In this document: one piece after another, positions 54,902 through 64,000 of the stretch
How the letters are laid out: the number at the start of each line of letters is the position of its first letter
Position numbering within the stretch: the first letter of the stretch is position 1
Origin: Candidatus Vesicomyidisocius sp. Pext_18_S21
GTDB lineage: Bacteria > Pseudomonadota > Gammaproteobacteria > PS1 > Pseudothioglobaceae
Length of the DNA stretch: 64,000 nt
Direction of reading: 5' to 3'
Assembly: GCA_021730165.1 (NCBI GenBank)
Contig: CP072535.1
Location: 511,798 to 575,797, forward strand
Program-made: the position numbers and the translations under genes
The notes under the pieces: model-generated
The model's input: only the letters and a program-made list of their open reading frames with translations
Databases searched by the model: none
What the model was told of the DNA's origin: nothing

Positions 54902-56149
54902 ATGACATCTAATTTATTTACTTTAATTTTTCTAATATCTATTTTTATCTATATTACTATCTTGTTGTGGCTGAACATCAGGCAAAATAAAGCTATTGTC
55001 CAATCATTTGACAAGGTACCTAGTGAGTTTAGAAAAGAAATCACACTAAAAGATCACCAAAAAGCAAATGAATATACACAGGCTAAACTTAAATTAAATA
55101 ATTTTGAAGTTATATTTTCAACCACTATATTACTACTATGGACACTTGGTGGAGGGTTAGATTATTTGGATAACATTTGGCAAAAACAAACTAACAATAT
55201 CTTATATGCAGGTGTGGGATTTATTGTTAGCTTAATAATGCTAGGAAGTCTAATAAATTTACCGTTTAGTGTATATCAGACTTTTGTATTAGAACAAAAA
55301 TTTGGGTTTAACCAAACAAATATGAAGACTTTTATTACGGATTTACTTAAAAGCACATTACTTGTTTTAGTTATTAGTTTGCCACTAACTTATGCTATTC
55401 TTTATTTAATGGGTGTTATGGGTGAATATTGGTGGTTTTATGTTTGGCTAGTTCTCATTGTATTTTCTATATTAATATTTTGGCTTTATCCAGCTTATAT
55501 TGCGCCAATTTTTAATCAATTTAAACCCTTAGATAATATTAAGTTAAAAACTAAAATTAATAATTTGCTTGAACGTACAGGATTTAAAAGTGATGGTATA
55601 TTTGTGATGGATGGTTCTAAAAGAACATCACATGCTAACGCCTACTTTACAGGTATTGGTAAAAATAAACGTATTGTATTTTTTGACACGCTTATTAAAG
55701 GTATGAATGATAATGAAGTTCAAACAATTCTTGCTCATGAAGTGGGACATTGTCACCACCAACATGTCATTAAGCATATGATTAGTTCGTTTATCACTTC
55801 CTTACTAGGTTTGGTATTACTTAGTTATTTAATTAATCAAAATTGGTTTTTTCACGGGCTTGGCATTAGTCATCCATCAAACCATAGCGCTCTGGTTTTA
55901 TTTACACTAACCATACCAATATTTAGTTTTTTTATTGCTCCTATTAATAATTATCTGTCACGAAAACATGAGTTTGAAGCTGACATCTTTGCTGCTAAAC
56001 ATACCAATGTAAATGATTTAGTGTCTTCACTAGTAAAATTGTATCGAGATAATGCCACAATTCTCGAACCAGATTATCTGTATTCTTATTTTCATGACTC
56101 TCATCCAAGTGCGTCGATTCGTATTAATCAGATTAAGACTTTTAAGTAA
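54902..56149 (+). CDS. M48-family (Ste24-like) integral-membrane zinc metalloprotease
   Basis: 415 aa with a multi-TM N-domain, ..LAHEVGHCHH.. and the downstream ..HEFEAD.. Confidence 0.85.
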   Translation: MTSNLFTLIFLISIFIYITILLWLNIRQNKAIVQSFDKVPSEFRKEITLKDHQKANEYTQAKLKLNNFEVIFSTTILLLWTLGGGLDYLDNIWQKQTNNILYAGVGFIVSLIMLGSLINLPFSVYQTFVLEQKFGFNQTNMKTFITDLLKSTLLVLVISLPLTYAILYLMGVMGEYWWFYVWLVLIVFSILIFWLYPAYIAPIFNQFKPLDNIKLKTKINNLLERTGFKSDGIFVMDGSKRTSHANAYFTGIGKNKRIVFFDTLIKGMNDNEVQTILAHEVGHCHHQHVIKHMISSFITSLLGLVLLSYLINQNWFFHGLGISHPSNHSALVLFTLTIPIFSFFIAPINNYLSRKHEFEADIFAAKHTNVNDLVSSLVKLYRDNATILEPDYLYSYFHDSHPSASIRINQIKTFK

Positions 56150-56211
56150 TAAACATTATTACTTAAAATTAACTAAAGGAGAAAATTATCAATCAGTTAC
56201 TATTAACTGTA

Positions 56212-56466
56212 ATGTTGGTTATATCAAGCGACACATTTTCCAATGAAGAAGGTAAAGAATTACATAAAGAATCTTGTATCACTTGCCACATTGTTGAACA
56301 TAATAATACTTTTTATACAAGAAGTGATTCACGCTTACATAGTCATTTTGATTTGCGTAAACAAGTGAGTAATTGTGTTAATGCATTTAATATTAATTGG
56401 CTTCCTGATGAAGAAAAATCAGTTATAAATCACTTAAATAATGAATATTATAATTTTAAAAAATAG
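56212..56466 (+). CDS. small single-CxxCH (c-type cytochrome-like) protein; the true start is probably upstream at a non-ATG codon
   Basis: 84 aa from ATG 56212, with one CITCH motif. The frame is open from 56173. AAGGAG at 56176-56181 is positioned for ATT 56185 or ATC 56188, not for the ATG 30 nt further on. Confidence 0.6.
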   Translation: MLVISSDTFSNEEGKELHKESCITCHIVEHNNTFYTRSDSRLHSHFDLRKQVSNCVNAFNINWLPDEEKSVINHLNNEYYNFKK

Positions 56467-56496
56467 CATAAAATATTACCTCTAACATGCGCCTAA

Positions 56497-57420
56497 AAAT
56501 GGCGACTTAAAAAAATTCAAACGCAGCATAACACTAAAATAAATAGAACCTCGGATATTTTTGACAAAGTACACACAGGCTTAGTCATTACTCGTTACAG
56601 AGAACGATTATTAGTTAAAATAAAATCAGGTGAGTTATATCAATGTGTTACCAAAAACAATATTGATTTATCCGTTGCTGGTGATAGAGTTATCTTTCAG
56701 ATAACGCAGTCTAATCAAGGTATTATCACTGCCCTACTTGAACGTCATAATCAACTTTATCGTACACATAAACTAATTGCTACTAATATAGACCAACTAT
56801 GGTTAATGGTTGCTATAGAACCACATTATCAATTTGAATTGATTGATCGTTATTTAATAGTAGCTGAAAATGCAAAATTACCTATTAATATAGTGGTTAA
56901 TAAAATTGAGTTAACAAATAATATTAAAAAGGTTAAATATGATTTTTCTATGTATAAAAATATTGGTTATTCAATCAATTATTTAAGTGTTAAAGAGCAA
57001 ATAAATATCGATAATTTCAAACTTAAACTAGATAATAAGACCAATATCTTTTTGGGTCAATCTGGCGTAGGTAAATCTTCACTAATTAATAAATTAATTC
57101 CAGAACTAAACTTACGCGTCAATGAAATATCCACAAAAAGTAAACTTGGTAAGCATACAACAACTAATACTACACTTTACCAGATTCCTTCAGGTGGTGA
57201 TTTAATTGATTCCCCAGGTATTCGTAAATTCCAATTAGATGAATTCAGTAATCAAGAAATTTTAAATGGTTTTAAAGAATTTAATCCATTTACTAATGCT
57301 TGTAAATTTAGGAATTGTGCTCATATCTTTGAACCAAAATGTGCAATTAAATCAGCAGTAAAATTAGGCGATATTCACAAGAAACGCTATCAATCTTATA
57401 TAACATTAGTTTCATCATAA
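56497..57420 (+). CDS. rsgA: ribosome small-subunit-dependent GTPase RsgA; the body is intact but has no canonical in-frame start before codon 104 (possible pseudogene)
   Basis: The ORF track gives 56806-57420, with circularly permuted GTPase motifs NKIE / GQSGVGKSS / DSPG and the zinc motif CKFRNCAH..EPKCA. The same frame is open back to 56497 and encodes the OB domain (..HTGLVITRYRERLLVKIKSGELYQCV..VAGDRVIFQ..). Confidence 0.8.
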   Translation, partial: KWRLKKIQTQHNTKINRTSDIFDKVHTGLVITRYRERLLVKIKSGELYQCVTKNNIDLSVAGDRVIFQITQSNQGIITALLERHNQLYRTHKLIATNIDQLWLMVAIEPHYQFELIDRYLIVAENAKLPINIVVNKIELTNNIKKVKYDFSMYKNIGYSINYLSVKEQINIDNFKLKLDNKTNIFLGQSGVGKSSLINKLIPELNLRVNEISTKSKLGKHTTTNTTLYQIPSGGDLIDSPGIRKFQLDEFSNQEILNGFKEFNPFTNACKFRNCAHIFEPKCAIKSAVKLGDIHKKRYQSYITLVSS

Positions 57421-57864
57421 AACAACATTAATTATTAATAATTCCATTTACTGAAAAATACATTCATAAATTTTAATTAGGTCTATATATAAAATATATC
57501 TCCATTAAGAATAACTTTTAACATTAGTACAGCCTATATTTTATAAGTTTTTTCAACAGTAAACAGCATGTCTTTAAATTTGACATAATCATCTACTGGA
57601 AACTCCAATGGTAATATTAACACTTTGTGCTCCCACAAAGATAGATTAATTGTATCTAATTAAACAGAAGCCATACCCCCTATTAAAAGTATCTTTAGAT
57701 TAATATCAAGAATAGTTTTTAATTTATCTGTGTTAATATTTGTTATATAATTATTAATTGATTATGATGTTAGGTTAATAATATCAGCATGAATGTTAAT
57801 TAGTGTAAAAATAACCTTATAAGAGATTAACAAACTAAAACTATCTTATCAAAATAGATAAATA

Positions 57865-58242
57865 TTATTTTATTTTAGAGAAATTAAAAGCAAATCTTGT
57901 TATACTTAACCAGCCAAGAATCAATAGTATACCACCTACTGGCGTAACAAAAACTAAGCTATACAATTTAGTTAGAGTATATAAATACAAACTACCTGAA
58001 AACAAAACAATACCTGCTATAAAGAGCCAAATACTTTGGTTAATAGACTTAAATAAAATACCTTGTGATTGTACAACTAATATTGCAATCATCAGAGTGT
58101 GATACATTTGATAAGTTATTGCTGTTTGTATGCGCATAATATCCTCTATTGGTAGAATATGCTTAAAAATATGTACTGACATTGCATCCATCACTACTGC
58201 TATAGTACCACTTAACGCTATAAATATCCAAAAAAAACTCAT
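57865..58242 (-). CDS. DUF423 (YgdD-like) small membrane protein
   Basis: ATG 58242 gives MSFFWIFIALSGT.. There are four predicted TM helices. The ORF-track start 58284 adds 14 non-hydrophobic residues. Confidence 0.7.
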   Translation of the reverse strand: MSFFWIFIALSGTIAVVMDAMSVHIFKHILPIEDIMRIQTAITYQMYHTLMIAILVVQSQGILFKSINQSIWLFIAGIVLFSGSLYLYTLTKLYSLVFVTPVGGILLILGWLSITRFAFNFSKIK

Positions 58243-58574
58243 CAAGTTACTTTCCTTATTATACAAAATTTTACAACTATACACTTAAATAGGTAATCTT
58301 AATCCGGAAACATAACAGATAATGTAGAATCTTGGTTAAAACTAAAATTAAGCCTAACAACATTTCACGAAAAAGAAAATTATATTCTAATACTGGATTG
58401 AAACTTTTGATAAAAATTGATAATTGATGTTTATATTAAGAGTTAATTTTAATATAAAATTACTATCTTCCTTAATTAGTATTAGCATCTAATACAAAAC
58501 AATAAACACATTTTTCTGCTCATCTTTATAACTACAATAATACCTATGCTAATTATAAATCAATTCTTTATATA

Positions 58575-58650
58575 TGGTGGGGCGTGAGCGATTTGAACGC
58601 TCGACCAGCGGATTAAAAGTCCGATGCTCTACCAACTGAGCTAACGCCCC
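58575..58650 (-). tRNA. tRNA-Lys (anticodon UUU), CCA encoded
   Basis: The reverse complement is GGGGCGTTAGCTCAGTTGGTAGAGCATCGGACTTTTAATCCGCTGGTCGAGCGTTCAAATCGCTCACGCCCCACCA. It forms a cloverleaf with anticodon loop CTTTTAA and closely resembles E. coli tRNA-Lys. Confidence 0.93.
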
Positions 58651-58732
58651 TATTTATTTAACACTCTAAATTTTAGAATACTTCGCGATAGATACAGAAG
58701 AATGAAATTATACATTAATCGTACTTTATAAA

Positions 58733-59020
58733 TTAATCAAAACTAAATCTTATTAATGATTTCTTTAAGAATGGTATAAACTTATCATTTACCTCTGTCC
58801 TTTCACTAGTTTTAGGATTAATACCTTGTCAAGCTTTACGATATTTCTTGTAAAAACCACCAAACCATCTTATCTTAACACTCTTACCAGAAACAATACC
58901 TTGTGTTAATTCTTCCAAAGTTACTTCAACCGCTATTTTGGCATCAGTTTTAGATAAATTAGAACTGTTTGATAAATTTAAAATAAGATCAGGATTTTCA
59001 TAATAGGTAATAACAATCAC
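58733..59020 (-). pseudogene. ihfB: integration host factor beta subunit interrupted by an in-frame TGA
   Basis: The 63-aa ORF (58829-59020) reads ..KIRWFGGFYKKYRKA and stops at TGA (58831-58829). The same frame continues QGINPKTSERTEVNDKFIPFLKKSLIRFSFD to TAA at 58735-58733. Together these 95 codons are colinear with IHF-beta (..RGFGSF..R.GRNPKTG..). The cmk-rpsA-ihfB order is conserved. Confidence 0.8.
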
Positions 59021-59032
59021 ACTTCACTATTG

Positions 59033-60712
59033 TTACTTATTATCTTTTGCTTCTTTTAACAAATCACCTAATGTAGAACCAGATACTATATTAGAAGACT
59101 GCTTATTATAATCTTCCATTGCTGCTTTTTCTTCCACTGAGTTTTTTGCTTTAATACTGACTAAAATATTACGAGTTCTTCTGTCAATATTCATAATTGC
59201 AACTTCTATTTCTTCGCCAGTTTTTAATATTAAAGTCGCATCTTCAATACGATCTTCTGAAATTTCCCCTGCTTTTAAATAGCCTGTAATATCTTCATTC
59301 AAACGGATAACTGCACCCCGTGAATCAACTTCCATAACCATACCTTGAACAATTGATCCTTTTTTATTAGCAGATACATATCGCATAAATTCATCTTCTA
59401 AAAGCTGTTTAATACCTAAAGAAATACGCTCTTTTTCAGCATCAATATTCAAAATAATCACTTCTAACTCTTGTCCTTTAGAATAACTAGATACCAATTG
59501 ATCTGAAGATTGTTTTTCCCATGAAATATCAGCTAAATGAATTAAGCCGTCAATACCACCTAAAAGACCAACAAATAAACCAAAATCAGTGATTGACTTA
59601 ACCCTAACAGGAATTTTATCACCCTTATTATGTGTTGCTTCAAATGATTCCCAAGGGTTTTCTTGAGCTTGTTTCATAGATAATGAAATACGATGCTTAG
59701 ACTCTTGAACATCTAATACAACCACTTCAACTTCTTGACCTAATTTAACAATTTTAGAAGGACGAGCATTAGCATTTGTCCAATCCATCTCACTCACATG
59801 AACCAAGCCTTCAACGCCCTCTTCAATACTCAAAAATGCACCATAATCTGTTAAATTAGAAACCGTACCTTGTACTTTCTTACCAATAGGCAAACGATCT
59901 GAAATACTATCCCAAGGGCTAACAGTTAGTTGTTTAAGACCTAATGATACACGCATTTTCTCTTTATCATAATTAAGCACTTTAACAGTAATTTTATCGC
60001 CAATAGTTAATTTTTCAGATGGATGGTTAACACGCTGCCAAGAAATATCTGTAATATGTAACAAGCCATCAACACCTCCAAGATCAACAAACGCACCATA
60101 ATCTGCAAGGTTTTTAACAATACCTTCAATTTCTTTACCCTCTTCAAGCTCTTCAAGTAGCGCCTCTCTATCTGCAGAATTAGCTTCTTGCAATACAGCT
60201 TTTCTAGAAATCACAATATTATTTCTAACTTCATCCATCTTAATAACAATAGCTTCAATTTCTTGACCAGTTAAATATGAGAAATCTTTTACTGGACGTA
60301 CATCAACTAACGATCCAGGTAAAAATGCTTTAACTACGCCAATATCAACCGTCAAGCCCCCTTTAACAGCACCAGTTACAATGCCAGTTACAACTTCTTT
60401 AGAATTCATTGCTAATTCAAGTGAATGCCATAGCTTGATACGCTTAGCATCAGAATGTGATAACAAAGTATTGCCCAGACCATCATCAATTGATTTAAGT
60501 GCAACTTCGACAATATCACCCTCTTCAACCTTCAATTCTCCTTGTTGATTTTTAAATTCATCTAGGGGAATAAAACCCTCTGATTTGAGTCCAACATTAA
60601 CAATCGCTTTTTCACGATTGATGCTAACAACGGTCCCCACTAAGAGTGCACCAACTTTTACGTTTTGTTGTTCTGCACTATTTTCAAACAGTTCGGCAAA
60701 TGATTCTGACAT
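59033..60712 (-). CDS. rpsA: 30S ribosomal protein S1
   Basis: 559 aa with six S1 OB-fold repeats. Confidence 0.97.
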   Translation of the reverse strand: MSESFAELFENSAEQQNVKVGALLVGTVVSINREKAIVNVGLKSEGFIPLDEFKNQQGELKVEEGDIVEVALKSIDDGLGNTLLSHSDAKRIKLWHSLELAMNSKEVVTGIVTGAVKGGLTVDIGVVKAFLPGSLVDVRPVKDFSYLTGQEIEAIVIKMDEVRNNIVISRKAVLQEANSADREALLEELEEGKEIEGIVKNLADYGAFVDLGGVDGLLHITDISWQRVNHPSEKLTIGDKITVKVLNYDKEKMRVSLGLKQLTVSPWDSISDRLPIGKKVQGTVSNLTDYGAFLSIEEGVEGLVHVSEMDWTNANARPSKIVKLGQEVEVVVLDVQESKHRISLSMKQAQENPWESFEATHNKGDKIPVRVKSITDFGLFVGLLGGIDGLIHLADISWEKQSSDQLVSSYSKGQELEVIILNIDAEKERISLGIKQLLEDEFMRYVSANKKGSIVQGMVMEVDSRGAVIRLNEDITGYLKAGEISEDRIEDATLILKTGEEIEVAIMNIDRRTRNILVSIKAKNSVEEKAAMEDYNKQSSNIVSGSTLGDLLKEAKDNK

Positions 60713-60811
60713 ATTATTATTTTGATATTGACCGGTAATTCTTAAGCTATTTGCGGTTATAGTATGTGCTTAATATATTATCGGGTTAATTTATTTAAGA
60801 GGTTTAACCGC

Positions 60812-61489
60812 TTAAGCCTCAACTAGTGCTATCACTTGAATGATAACCTCATTAATAGACAACTTAGTGCTATCAATAATGAGTGCATCTTTGGCAGGTT
60901 TGAGTGGTGAATATTTACGAGTATAATCACGTTTATCTCTATTCACAACATCTGACAAGATGTTCAAAATTATACCCTCACTACCTTGTGCTTGCAATTG
61001 TTTTAAACGTCTATTAACTCGCTCATCAACACTTGCAGTTAAATAAACTTTAAATGGTGCATCAGGAAAAACAGTTGTTCCCATATCCCTACCATCTGCC
61101 ACCAGCCCTGGAGTTTTGAAAAAATCCTTTTGGCGTTTTAAAAGCATAGAACGAACCACCTCAATAGAGGCGATTTTTGAAGCTATCTTACCTATTTTCT
61201 CTGTACGTAAAATCTTAGAGACATCCTTACCATCAAGATAAATACTCACAAGTTTATTGCCCGACTTAGTTTTAAATTTTACATCAAGAGTTTCTGCAAT
61301 CTTTCTCAAGGCCTTTTCATCAGCGATATTAATTTCTCTAGTATCAATTATTAAAGCAAAAGCGCGATAAATTGCACCAGAATCTAACAAATGCCACTTT
61401 TTTTTTTGTGCCATAATTCTTGCTATAGTACCTTTTCCAACCCCACTTGGACCGTCAATAGTTAAAATTGGTATTATATTTTGACTCAT
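60812..61489 (-). CDS. cmk: cytidylate kinase
   Basis: 225 aa with ..IDGPSGVGKGT.., upstream of rpsA as in E. coli. Confidence 0.94.
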   Translation of the reverse strand: MSQNIIPILTIDGPSGVGKGTIARIMAQKKKWHLLDSGAIYRAFALIIDTREINIADEKALRKIAETLDVKFKTKSGNKLVSIYLDGKDVSKILRTEKIGKIASKIASIEVVRSMLLKRQKDFFKTPGLVADGRDMGTTVFPDAPFKVYLTASVDERVNRRLKQLQAQGSEGIILNILSDVVNRDKRDYTRKYSPLKPAKDALIIDSTKLSINEVIIQVIALVEA

Positions 61490-61761
61490 TTACCTATAAC
61501 CTATAAATCCAAAATTCTTAATTTTATCATTAACCGCATTTAATTAACGTTTACTAAGTTTTTTCTTATAACCATATACAGGTAAATATTTCACTCAACT
61601 CTTTATATAATTAATACAATGTAATAAGTTAAATTCCTGCCAGCATAATTTTTAAAATCATACTTTCGTAAAATGATTGCATCATTGCTGACATGGTAAC
61701 GTCCATACAAATCTTAACCTGTTTTACTACACACTAACAAATATAAATAATTGACATCTTC

Positions 61762-63252
61762 TCATTTTACCTCAGCACGCATATGAGGAAACAAAATAAC
61801 ATCACGAATTGACGGCGAATCGGTAAATAGCATTACCAATCTATCAATACCAATACCTTCTCCTGCCGTAGGTGGCATACCATACTCTAACGCACGAATA
61901 TAATCAGCATCATAATACATAGCCTCATCATTGCCTAAATCTTTCTCTTCAACTTGTTTTCTAAAGCGCTCAGCTTGATCTTGTGGATCATTTAGCTCAG
62001 AAAAACCGTTAGCAATTTCACAACCGCTAATAAATAATTCAAATCGATCAGTAATAAACGGATTATCGTCATTTCGACGTGCTAATGGCGATACTTCAGT
62101 TGGATACTCAGTGATAAAAGTAGGCTGTAATAATTTTTCTTCAACAGTAGTTTCAAAGATTTCAATTTGTATCCTACCCAAACCCCAATTTTCTTTAATT
62201 TGAATACCTAATTTTTCTGCAGTTTGTTTAGCATTTTCCTGATTTAAATCAGTTGCCATTAAGTTTGGATTATATTGTAAAATTGAATCAATCACACTAA
62301 TGCGTTTAAATGACTTAAAAAAATCAAGATCATTACCTTGATAATAAACATTAGTGCTACCACATATATCAAGTGCAATACTGCGAAATAATTTTTCTGT
62401 CAAATCCATTAAATCATGATATGTTCCATAAGCTTGGTAAAATTCAATCATCGTAAATTCTGGATTATGCCTAGTGGAAAGTCCTTCATTTCTAAAATTA
62501 CGGTTAATTTCAAATACTTTATTCATGCCGCCAATAATTAAACGTTTTAAGTAAAGCTCAGGTGAAACACGAAAATACATAGGCATGTCTAATGCATTAT
62601 GATGAGTTTCAAATGGTTTAGCTGTTGCACCACCTGGAATAGTTTGTAACATAGGTGTTTCTACCTCAATAAAATCATGATGATTAAAAAAATTGCGGAT
62701 ATAGTTAATAATTTGACTACGACGTTTAAACGTATTTCGTGACGTCTTATTCATAATCAAATCAACATAACGCTGACGATAACGAATTTCTTTATCAGAC
62801 AAGCCATGAAATTTTCCAGGTAACGGGCGTAGTGACTTGGTTAACAACTTAATATCATCAATACGAATTGATAATTCACCCATATTGGTTTTGAATAAAA
62901 CACCTGTAGCGCCAATAATATCACCAATATCCCATTTTTTAAACTGTTCATTATAAAAACTCTTAGGTAGCTTATCACAAGTGACAAAAAGCTGGATTTT
63001 ACCACTAGAATCTTGTACATGTACAAAGCTAACCTTACCCATAACACGCTTAAGCATCATCCGTCCTGCTACTGATACTTGCATATTTTTTTTCTCCAAC
63101 TCTTCTTTAGAAAGAGCTTTAAATTCTTGAGTAATATCCTGTGCTAAATTTTCAGGCTTAAAATTATTAATAAATGGATTACCATCTTCTCTTAATAAAT
63201 CCAATTTTGATTTTCTTTTAAGAATTAATTTATTGTTATCTTCGTCTCTCAC
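61762..63252 (-). CDS. lysS: lysyl-tRNA synthetase, class II
   Basis: 496 aa with a GTG start, an OB anticodon-binding domain and class II motifs (..FRNEG.., ..GIGIDRL..). It ends in TGA. Confidence 0.95.
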   Translation of the reverse strand: MRDEDNNKLILKRKSKLDLLREDGNPFINNFKPENLAQDITQEFKALSKEELEKKNMQVSVAGRMMLKRVMGKVSFVHVQDSSGKIQLFVTCDKLPKSFYNEQFKKWDIGDIIGATGVLFKTNMGELSIRIDDIKLLTKSLRPLPGKFHGLSDKEIRYRQRYVDLIMNKTSRNTFKRRSQIINYIRNFFNHHDFIEVETPMLQTIPGGATAKPFETHHNALDMPMYFRVSPELYLKRLIIGGMNKVFEINRNFRNEGLSTRHNPEFTMIEFYQAYGTYHDLMDLTEKLFRSIALDICGSTNVYYQGNDLDFFKSFKRISVIDSILQYNPNLMATDLNQENAKQTAEKLGIQIKENWGLGRIQIEIFETTVEEKLLQPTFITEYPTEVSPLARRNDDNPFITDRFELFISGCEIANGFSELNDPQDQAERFRKQVEEKDLGNDEAMYYDADYIRALEYGMPPTAGEGIGIDRLVMLFTDSPSIRDVILFPHMRAEVK

Positions 63253-64000
63253 TGGACTCCTTAATATGTTTTCTATTCTAGCTTTGATTTATACCAATAC
63301 CTTTTCTTTAGATAAATCTTATTTAAATGGTTCCAACCGTTACAATTAAACTAATAAAATATTACGATTATAATAGCCTTGATAAGAATCTAGCGTCCAA
63401 TTACGTATCAAAATTAAATTTTTTAAAGATAATTAATATTTATTGATTTTCATACAAATACTAACAAATCATAAATAGTGGAAATACACTAAACTATAAA
63501 TGATGATAACTTGTATATAAGTGTTATTATGTATTTAGTTGTTTGATTAATTTAATCATAATAATTAACTACATTATTATCAAATATCACTGTAAATATT
63601 ATTTAACGTAAAAGTCTGTTTAAAACGTTGATTCTGTAGCATAAAAACAGATAATACATCTTTGAACTATTTAAACTATTTGTAATAACGCTTAATATAC
63701 TTCCTATCGACAAACTATTACTATCTTGCAATTGATATAAATCGACTAAATTTAATGTATACTTGCTTTCAAATATTTTTTATCAGCTAAATTCTTAAAC
63801 AGAGTATTCTATAAGTATTAATTATTAACCCACTTGATTAAGTCTTACTACTTACTATAGCTCATAATCAATTTTCTAATATCTATACCAGTTTTATGGT
63901 TATATAAAAAACAGCCTTTGAAAACAACCAAAATCTAATTTATTATCAACAATTAGAAATAATTTTAGATTTGATGGTAAAAATATATTCAGATATATTC

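Overview
This is a 64-kb stretch of a strongly AT-rich (about one third G+C by eye, not computed), tightly packed gammaproteobacterial chromosome. Almost everything is core housekeeping in recognisable synteny blocks. In order: purA-hisZ-hflCK (-), lptD-surA-rlmB (+), ybeD-lipB-lipA (+), an MFP+RND efflux pair (-), pdxA-rsmA-apaG-apaH (+), dapF (-), rseP-bamA-lpxD-fabZ-lpxA (+), yggX-gmk-rpoH-groES-groEL (+) and parE-queC-acpP-fabF (+). Then come prlC, tRNA-Ser(GGA) and metG (-), divergent apbC (+), cysE-iscRSUA-hscBA-fdx (-), lpxL, ttcA, aroK plus a TolC-like outer-membrane factor, lysC-ilvE (-), an M48 peptidase and rsgA (+), tRNA-Lys(UUU), cmk-rpsA-ihfB and lysS (-). I see no rRNA, CRISPR, IS/transposase, integrase, prophage or recognisable defence or toxin genes, so I do not think the window hides a mobile or defence island. 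The dominant signal is genome reduction. Genes overlap, several proteins are shortened (SurA, HisZ, MetRS), and conserved operons lack members (skp, lpxB, iscX). There are ORF-free, very AT-rich gaps of 0.4-0.9 kb. Three housekeeping genes carry fresh lesions: murJ is in four pieces, ihfB has an in-frame TGA, and rsgA is separated from its start codon. This fits a reduced-genome chemoautotroph or endosymbiont of the SUP05 / vesicomyid-symbiont type, but that taxonomic guess is inference only. The best candidates for unexplored biology are three. One is an orphan periplasmic pentaheme c-type cytochrome insulated behind the groEL terminator. Another is a small single-CxxCH protein beside the M48 peptidase that seems to need a non-ATG start. 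The third is a physically split tripartite RND efflux system retained despite the reduction.
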